Below, piece after piece: positions 1 to 5,441 of a stretch of DNA of 8,963 bases (positions are counted from its first letter, which is position 1; every line of letters starts with the position of its first letter). The notes under the pieces are model-generated. The model was not told the origin of the DNA and ran no database searches. It saw only the letters and a program-made list of their open reading frames with translations. Made by a program: the position numbers and the translations under genes. The stretch lies in NCBI GenBank assembly GCA_934177545.1, contig CAKPPI010000035.1, positions 1 to 8,963 on the forward strand, given 5' to 3'. This DNA is from an uncultured Bacilli bacterium (GTDB lineage: Bacteria; Bacillota_I; Bacilli_A; RF39; UBA660).

Positions 1-340
1 CCATGCCTTGAATACTAGGTAGAGCATTAGTTAATTCATCAAAGAAAACAATGTGAAGTTTATTAGGTTCTTTGTCACACTTTTCTTGTAATTTTTTATA
101 CCAAGTTGGGGGAACATCAAGCATTTCACCAGTACTGGCATTATAGACACTTTTGCCATTTAGACTGTCTGGAGTAGCATTTCTTAAATATAGAATTACA
201 CAATCCGGATCTAGTTGCTTTACTCTACTTGATTTGCCATCACTACTCCTGCCATGTAAGAAAACAGAAACATTACTTTGGATAGCCCCTTTAATAATGT
301 CTTCTTCACTTACTTTAGAAAAATCAAAATTGTATGAACT
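1..340 (-). repeat. Copy 1 of the direct nucleotide repeat formed by the ATPase cores (pairs with 3880-4219).
   Basis: Ungapped alignment at a constant offset of 3879 nt. The first 60 nt have 6 mismatches and the next 60 roughly 15, so my by-eye estimate is 80-90% identity overall. Similarity decays beyond about position 330/4209. The left limit is unknown because the window ends. Confidence 0.85.
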
Positions 341-1174
341 TGAAAATTTAGTATCTTTAATAGAATCTTTTATTGGAAGTAATTCTTCACTTAAACCTTG
401 GGTTAATTCTCTAGCAAAACAAGTATTTAAAAATTGATAAATTCTAGTTTCTTCAAACTTAGTAAAATTAGAATTATCCGCAAATTGAACACCAGCAAAT
501 AAAATTTTTTCACTTATCATTTGATGCTTTTTAGTATCTAGTAACCAATAAACTGGTTCTACATTAACCCAAATACTATCGCCATTTTTATACTTGGACT
601 TAAACCCATTATACAAGCCTGTATTGGCAACGGCTTTTATTAATCTTTTATCTTCTAATTTATATTCTTTAAAAGTAATAGGAGCAAAAATTTCATCATA
701 TTCGAATTCTTTTCTAGAATCTGCAGTGTAATAATTATTGGTTAATTGCAATTTACCCTGCTTTAGCATATTATCTAATTTCTCTTGTTCTAGCCCATTT
801 AAGGCCGATTGTGGATAATAACCGTATTTTACTTGAAAAATATGTTCCGTGGTTGTATCCAGATTTTTAGTTAATTCTTTTTCAATATTTTCAGGCAAAT
901 TATAAACAACTCTAGCCCCAATATCCCGCAAGCTAATACTATAAGTTGCCGAATAACCTTCTTCATCAACAATAATAACATTTTTATCACTACTAACTGT
1001 TGATTTAGTCCAATAAGGGCCATAATTTAATTTAGATTCAGGGTCATAATAAGCCCCTAAAATAATAGAATAATCAGTTAATGGTGATTTAGTACCCGCT
1101 ACTTTAAAGATTTCCAATACTTGATCATCATTACCAAAAACATCTTCGCCAGTTATAAAAGTAAAATCATTCAT
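1..1174 (-). CDS. AAA+ (AAA_5/MoxR-like) ATPase, paralogue B, with a divergent N-terminal domain. Only the 5' part (391 codons) is in the window; the 3' end runs off the left edge.
   Basis: Hand translation of the minus strand from ATG (complement of 1172-1174) is open to position 2 with no stop: MNDFTFITGEDVFGNDDQVLEIF...KYGYYPQS...IWVNVEPVYWLLD...FDFSKVSEEDIIKGAIQSNVSVFLHGRSSDGKSSRVKQLD...LHIVFFDELTNALPSIQGM. Walker A GRSSDGKS is at 230-253 and Walker B hhhhDE is present. It is missing from the ORF track because it has no in-window stop. Nucleotides 1-~340 align without gaps to 3880-~4219. Confidence 0.85.
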   Translation of the reverse strand, partial: MNDFTFITGEDVFGNDDQVLEIFKVAGTKSPLTDYSIILGAYYDPESKLNYGPYWTKSTVSSDKNVIIVDEEGYSATYSISLRDIGARVVYNLPENIEKELTKNLDTTTEHIFQVKYGYYPQSALNGLEQEKLDNMLKQGKLQLTNNYYTADSRKEFEYDEIFAPITFKEYKLEDKRLIKAVANTGLYNGFKSKYKNGDSIWVNVEPVYWLLDTKKHQMISEKILFAGVQFADNSNFTKFEETRIYQFLNTCFARELTQGLSEELLPIKDSIKDTKFSSSYNFDFSKVSEEDIIKGAIQSNVSVFLHGRSSDGKSSRVKQLDPDCVILYLRNATPDSLNGKSVYNASTGEMLDVPPTWYKKLQEKCDKEPNKLHIVFFDELTNALPSIQGM

Positions 1175-1194
1175 TTTTTTCAACTCTTTTCTTT

Positions 1195-2640
1195 TTAAAA
1201 TTTTCTTCTAAGCCCATAACCAGAAGAAAAGCCAGATAGTCGTTCTAAGGCCTCACTATCTATATAAATAACTTTGCCTCCAGGAGGATTAATTTTAGCA
1301 TTACCAAACACAATCCAGATAGCATTAACTCTCTTACTTGGCATATCGGCGTAACCATCAGTAAATATAATTTTATTTTCTACTCTTTTAGAAAAAGCAT
1401 TAACAGCAACATCAAAATCAGTACCCCCAAAGCCCACTAGAGGAAAAGTATCAATATCATTAATATTTCTTATTTCTTGAAAGCCATAGAATTTAGTATC
1501 AAAGCACCCTACTTTGACTTTTGAAGTTGTAAAAATATTTTTACATTCTCTTAAAAAATTACGTAATAAGGTCTCATCAATAGAGCCACTAGTATCTAAT
1601 ACTATTTCTGTAACTGGTTTGGGTATATCTTCTAAATGAGGAACAACACAGCCATCTTCAATGGTAGCATTTTGATAAGACCAATCAGTATCATAAGTAA
1701 TTGTCTCTCTTAAAAGACGACGCCAATCAATTAATGGTTTAGAACTACCAATATTATCTACATCTCTTTTTTCCATATTAGTTGTATTACCATGATTACT
1801 TGCTTCTTGGGCTAATGACTTTTTTAATTCTTCTAATACTTTAGCTCTTTCAATTTTATTTTGAGCAAATGCATTCTTTTCACCAATATTAGCAAATTTC
1901 TTTGTTAACTCTTTTACTTTCTTTTCTTTATCGCTTTTGTTATCTGATTCTCCATTGCTGTCTTTATTTTTAGAATCGGTATTTTGTTTATTTGGATTAG
2001 ATTTTTCTTTTTTACCACCCTCATAAGTATCGTTAGTCTTATTATTAGCTTTTTCTAAAGCTTTTTTCCATAATTCGTGGTTAGTTGGTGGGGTGATACT
2101 ATTAATATCAAAGTCGTCGCTTTCAATATTATTGCTAGAACTACTTTGAACACTTTGATTTCCTGAACCGTTAGATTTTTCTTGATTCTCATTTTCTTGT
2201 TGACTGTTAGAGTCGCCGTTAGCGCTCTTAGACTTTTCATTTTCTTGTTTAATTTGCATTAATTTTTCATATAATTCTTCGGCATTATAATTAATGGCAC
2301 CTTCTATTTCAACGGAACCTTTTAGTACTGGTAGTTTATCAATTTTTAAAAAAGCATTGGCAACGGCATCGCAGGCGATATTCCATATTGATGGGTCTTT
2401 TCCTATACTTCTATCAACATGCAGGAAAATGATATGACAAGTTTCATGAGCTAATACAAATACTTGTTCATCCAGTTTTAATTGGGAAAGAAAGGCCTCA
2501 TTATAATAAATATTATCACCATCAGTAGCGGCTGTTTTAGTACCCTCATCTTTTATATATTTTAAGTTAGCAATGACACTACCAAAGAAAGGATACTTTA
2601 TCAACATTTTTCTTTTTATTTTATCAATATCAACATTCAT
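1195..2640 (-). CDS. Two-domain protein: N-terminal HExxH putative Zn-metallopeptidase (DUF2201_N-like), a long low-complexity linker, and a C-terminal vWA-like domain with an intact MIDAS (DUF2201/CoxE-like VWA).
   Basis: 481-aa ORF. AHETCH (HExxH, nt 2434-2448) is followed by SIWNIACDAVANAFL. The Ser/Asn/Lys/Glu/Asp-rich linker spans about aa 131-245 (nt ~1906-2250). MIDAS elements are DTSGS (nt 1582-1596), GGTDF and IIFTDGYAD. An AGGAG RBS lies 5 nt upstream of the ATG and overlaps the stop of the upstream gene. Confidence 0.85.
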   Translation of the reverse strand: MNVDIDKIKRKMLIKYPFFGSVIANLKYIKDEGTKTAATDGDNIYYNEAFLSQLKLDEQVFVLAHETCHIIFLHVDRSIGKDPSIWNIACDAVANAFLKIDKLPVLKGSVEIEGAINYNAEELYEKLMQIKQENEKSKSANGDSNSQQENENQEKSNGSGNQSVQSSSSNNIESDDFDINSITPPTNHELWKKALEKANNKTNDTYEGGKKEKSNPNKQNTDSKNKDSNGESDNKSDKEKKVKELTKKFANIGEKNAFAQNKIERAKVLEELKKSLAQEASNHGNTTNMEKRDVDNIGSSKPLIDWRRLLRETITYDTDWSYQNATIEDGCVVPHLEDIPKPVTEIVLDTSGSIDETLLRNFLRECKNIFTTSKVKVGCFDTKFYGFQEIRNINDIDTFPLVGFGGTDFDVAVNAFSKRVENKIIFTDGYADMPSKRVNAIWIVFGNAKINPPGGKVIYIDSEALERLSGFSSGYGLRRKF

Positions 2641-2648
2641 AATTGCTC

Positions 2649-3050
2649 CTATATTATAGCTACTAAAGAAGCTACTTCTTCATTTAATTTATTACTATCT
2701 AAATCGGTTACTGTTAAGACAATCAAAGTGTTTTTAGGTAAGTCAAAAGTTGATATTTTCTTATATTTTAATATTTCTATAAATTTAGTTTGGCCGTTTA
2801 TATCTATTTTGTTAACGTTTCTAATCATAAGAACTGGTCTTGTTTTTTTAGCTTGCTCTAGAAGTTTGGTATACCAGTCTGGTGGGCAGAAGTCTACTCC
2901 TTCATAATGACCATTTAAGTCTTCTATTTTACAGTCATTAGCAAGAAGAATACTATTTTTGAAAATATCTTTGTACGTATCTTCTATTAATATAGGAAAC
3001 TCGCCTAATTTTAAATAGTCTTTTAATATTTCTAACTTTTCTTTATTCAT
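2649..3050 (-). CDS. 133-aa protein resembling the AAA core of the flanking ATPases but lacking Walker A and Walker B residues (putative catalytically dead AAA-like subunit).
   Basis: The ORF has a GAAGGAAAG RBS about 7 nt upstream and sits 8 nt from the next gene. By eye it aligns to ATPase A: PPDWYTKLLEQAKK vs PPTWYKKVVEKCEK; VLMIRNVNKI vs IVFFDELTNA; FDLPKNTLIVLTVTDLD vs WKLPKNARIVAAGNDLD. Where the ATPases have GRSSDGKS it has EDTYKDIF. Confidence 0.7.
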   Translation of the reverse strand: MNKEKLEILKDYLKLGEFPILIEDTYKDIFKNSILLANDCKIEDLNGHYEGVDFCPPDWYTKLLEQAKKTRPVLMIRNVNKIDINGQTKFIEILKYKKISTFDLPKNTLIVLTVTDLDSNKLNEEVASLVAII

Positions 3051-3085
3051 AAGTTTACTTTCCTTCTTCTTTAATCTTTATAAAT

Positions 3086-5080
3086 TTATAAGTTTGGTGT
3101 TTGATTATTATCCATATAATCTAATTGATTAAAAAAGTTAACCGCCTCTAGATATTGTTTGGCTTTTTTAGCTTTTACTAATTTTAGATTGTTAAGTGTT
3201 TCTAATCTTTTTGGATTATTGTAAGTCCAGATGGCATCAAACATTGATAATAACCCTTTACCAAACCAACTAATAAAGTCTCTAACTATTTCTAAATCTT
3301 CTTCTTTTGTCTGCATTGCTAAGCTAACTGTTGTAGCATACCTTTCTGAAGTGCCAATATGCGCATCTGCCACAGCTTCAATATCCCATTTCTTAGTTAT
3401 AATATCGTTATAGCTTATTGCTTTTTGATTACAGAATGCAATAAACTTTTTAGTTAAAACTTCACCAATTAAAGCTCTTAACATTTCAGGCTTACCAGTT
3501 TGGTATAAAACCTTAGAAGCCATTTCCCATTTTCTAGGGTCAGCATTAGGTTTCTTACCATCAAATCGTGTTCTTAAAATATTATGTTCATATAACTTTT
3601 CATAATAAATAAAGGCATAAATGGCAGGATGAATTTTCATAGGATTTTCTTTTGGCTCATAAGATAAAGACGTATAATTCTTACTTTCAGTAGCAGCCCA
3701 TTTTAACCAGTCATTGGTAGTTGTGTTGATATAAACATGGGCAAATCTATTAAATAGCGGTTCAGCCATTTCATTAGCAGCCAAAGAGTCATCTAAGTCA
3801 TTACCAGCCGCTACTATTCTTGCATTTTTAGGCAGTTTCCAGATGCCATTTACTTCGCCATCTAAAATAATATTAAAGGCCATGCCCTGAATACTAGGCA
3901 AAGCATTAGTTAGTTCATCAAAGAAAACAATATGAATTTTATCTGGCTCTTTTTCGCATTTTTCAACGACCTTTTTATACCAAGTTGGTGGTATATCAAG
4001 CATTTCACCAGTATTTTCATTATAAACAGATTTACCATTTAAACTATCAGGAGTAGCATTTCTTAAGTAAAGGATTGTACAATCATGGTCTAACTGTTTT
4101 ACTCTACTAGATTTACCATCGCTACTTCTACCATGTAAGAATACGGCTACATTACTAAGAATAACTCCTTTAATAATATCTTCTTCACTTACTTTAGAAA
4201 AATCTAAATGATATGGATTTGGTTCCTTTTGTAACTTTTCAGATTCTTCAGTCTCACTATGTTTAGGTTGATTAAATTGAAGCATTTGTGTTAATTCTTT
4301 AGCAAAAATATTATCTAAATACCACTTAATACCGGTTGCTTCAAAATTATTTTTATCATTTTTATTATATGAATAGCTGATATTAGAAAACAGTAAATAT
4401 TCACTTACTAAAAGATTAGTTTCTTTATCAACTAACCATTTAACTGGACTTACTTCTAGCCAAACAAAATCGTCTCTTTTTACTTTTCTACCATCATTTA
4501 AAGTAGCAAAATCACAGCAAGAACGATTTATAACTCTGACGTAATGCTTTCCTTCATAAATATATTCTGGAATAACTAAAGGTGAAAAATCACAATCTTT
4601 AGTAAGCCAATCATTCTTATCTACTGTGAAACTATTACCACTATATTCCAAATTAGAAATACTATATTCTTTTTCTAACTTTTTTTGCATATCATCTGAT
4701 ACTGCCATTTGAGGATAAAAGCCATATTCTACTTCTCTTAAAACATTTGGCTGCTTAGAACGTCTACAAAATAGTAAATTTCCTTTTTTGTCAATAAGAT
4801 TTTTGATATCGTCATTCATTGGTAATACTGGGCGTGATGCAACATTTTTTATATTATCAGCATCATGTTTTAAAGAACCACTGTAATTAACCACTACTAC
4901 TTCATCGTTAATTAAATTCTTTAGCCAGTAAAAGCCATAATGGTTATTATCAATAGCATTGTAACCACCAAGAAGAATAGAAAAATCTGTTTGAATTGCT
5001 TTTACTCCATATTTTTTTAAAACTGATAATTGATGTTCACCAAATACTTGTTCCTTATCTAAAAATGTAAAATCTGACAT
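3086..5080 (-). CDS. AAA+ (AAA_5/MoxR-like) ATPase, paralogue A, 664 aa: ~290-aa N-terminal domain, P-loop core, ~200-aa C-terminal region.
   Basis: Walker A GRSSDGKS (nt 4109-4132), Walker B IVFFDE (nt 3914-3931), sensor-1-like IVAAGN, and a MoxR-type PLFNRF motif. I prefer the ATG at 5080 (MSDFTF..., matching paralogue B MNDFTF...) over the track's GTG at 5089. The GTG lies inside an AAGGTG Shine-Dalgarno (5087-5092) 6 nt upstream of that ATG. Confidence 0.9.
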   Translation of the reverse strand: MSDFTFLDKEQVFGEHQLSVLKKYGVKAIQTDFSILLGGYNAIDNNHYGFYWLKNLINDEVVVVNYSGSLKHDADNIKNVASRPVLPMNDDIKNLIDKKGNLLFCRRSKQPNVLREVEYGFYPQMAVSDDMQKKLEKEYSISNLEYSGNSFTVDKNDWLTKDCDFSPLVIPEYIYEGKHYVRVINRSCCDFATLNDGRKVKRDDFVWLEVSPVKWLVDKETNLLVSEYLLFSNISYSYNKNDKNNFEATGIKWYLDNIFAKELTQMLQFNQPKHSETEESEKLQKEPNPYHLDFSKVSEEDIIKGVILSNVAVFLHGRSSDGKSSRVKQLDHDCTILYLRNATPDSLNGKSVYNENTGEMLDIPPTWYKKVVEKCEKEPDKIHIVFFDELTNALPSIQGMAFNIILDGEVNGIWKLPKNARIVAAGNDLDDSLAANEMAEPLFNRFAHVYINTTTNDWLKWAATESKNYTSLSYEPKENPMKIHPAIYAFIYYEKLYEHNILRTRFDGKKPNADPRKWEMASKVLYQTGKPEMLRALIGEVLTKKFIAFCNQKAISYNDIITKKWDIEAVADAHIGTSERYATTVSLAMQTKEEDLEIVRDFISWFGKGLLSMFDAIWTYNNPKRLETLNNLKLVKAKKAKQYLEAVNFFNQLDYMDNNQTPNL
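3880..4219 (-). repeat. Copy 2 of the direct nucleotide repeat formed by the ATPase cores (pairs with 1-340).
   Basis: See copy 1. Confidence 0.85.
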
Positions 5081-5086
5081 CCAAAT

Positions 5087-5108
5087 CACCTTGGGACATA
5101 TAATAACA
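5087..5108 (-). promoter_or_regulatory. Shine-Dalgarno (AAGGTG, 5087-5092) and a possible extended -10 (TGTTATTAT, 5100-5108) upstream of ATPase A.
   Basis: The SD is clear and well spaced from the ATG at 5080. The extended -10 is only a pattern match, has no good -35, and sits very close to the SD. Confidence 0.35.
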
Positions 5109-5121
5109 TATTTTCTTATAG

Positions 5122-5165
5122 AAAAGAAAAAAAGATATAGTCATGTGTTAAAAAAACTATATCTT
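5122..5165 (-). terminator. Weak AT-rich hairpin plus U-tract between the 408-aa gene and the ATPase operon.
   Basis: A 10-bp stem pairs AAGATATAGT (5132-5141) with ACTATATCTT (5156-5165) around a 14-nt loop. On the minus strand it is followed by TTTTTCTTTT. The stem has only two G-C pairs, and it lies about 275 nt downstream of the 408-aa stop. Confidence 0.35.
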
Positions 5166-5324
5166 AATTATATTTTATTGTTTATTTTCTAATTCTAAGG
5201 CTTTTAAATAAGTTCTATTCTTGTTTTTAAATCATTAGTTAGAGAATTTAATCTATTATTGCTTATATTGCTTATTCCGGACATTATTATAATAAATTGG
5301 CATTTTCATTGAACTTTTTTACCA

Positions 5325-5346
5325 TTTTTGGCACTTATTGTTCAAT
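5325..5346. repeat. ~21-nt direct repeat, copy 1 (TTTTTGGCACTTATTGTTCAAT).
   Basis: It matches 5401-5421 (TTTTGGGCACTTTTGTTCAAT) apart from two single-nucleotide indels. A partial inverted half-site, TTGGCATTTTCATTGAAC, lies at about 5298-5315. Confidence 0.5.
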
Positions 5347-5400
5347 AAATTTATATAATAATTATATAGAATTTTAAAAAGTTAATCAACATTTTTGCAG

Positions 5401-5421
5401 TTTTGGGCACTTTTGTTCAAT
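5401..5421. repeat. ~21-nt direct repeat, copy 2.
   Basis: See copy 1. The copies are 76 nt apart, in the 3' flank of the 408-aa gene. Confidence 0.5.
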
Positions 5422-5441
5422 GAAAAACATAATTTTATATT

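Noticed and set aside
153-437. 94-aa plus-strand ORF from the track.
   Set aside because: It lies entirely antisense to the well-supported ATPase B reading frame (Walker A at 230-253 on the minus strand). It has no RBS and no recognisable motifs, so it is a shadow ORF.
2055-2240. 61-aa minus-strand ORF in another frame inside the peptidase-vWA gene.
   Set aside because: It is nested in the low-complexity linker region of the 481-aa gene. An alternative frame staying open there is expected from the repetitive composition, and nothing else supports it.
3231-3413. 60-aa plus-strand ORF.
   Set aside because: It is antisense to the C-terminal region of ATPase A. It is a shadow ORF with no RBS.
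5081-5089. Upstream GTG/TTG starts used by the ORF track (5089 for ATPase A, 8767 for mreC, 8207 for mreD).
   Set aside because: - For ATPase A, the GTG is part of the AAGGTG Shine-Dalgarno serving the ATG at 5080, and paralogue B starts at the equivalent Met.
- For mreD, the ATG at 8180 gives the classic ATGA overlap with the mreC stop.
- For mreC, the ATG at 8758 is preferred only weakly.
5325-5421. Sigma-54 promoter, suggested by the TGGCAC in the repeated motif.
   Set aside because: The required -12 TTGC element is absent at the correct spacing: TGGCAC-TTATT-GTTC and GGGCAC-TTTT-GTTC. The orientation also points into the 3' end of a convergent gene.
5386-5430. 14-codon minus-strand ORF (MFFIEQKCPKLQKC*) overlapping repeat copy 2; possible small Cys peptide.
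   Set aside because: It has no Shine-Dalgarno. The second repeat copy is interrupted by a stop in the same relative frame (IEQ*). It is most simply chance in AT-rich DNA.
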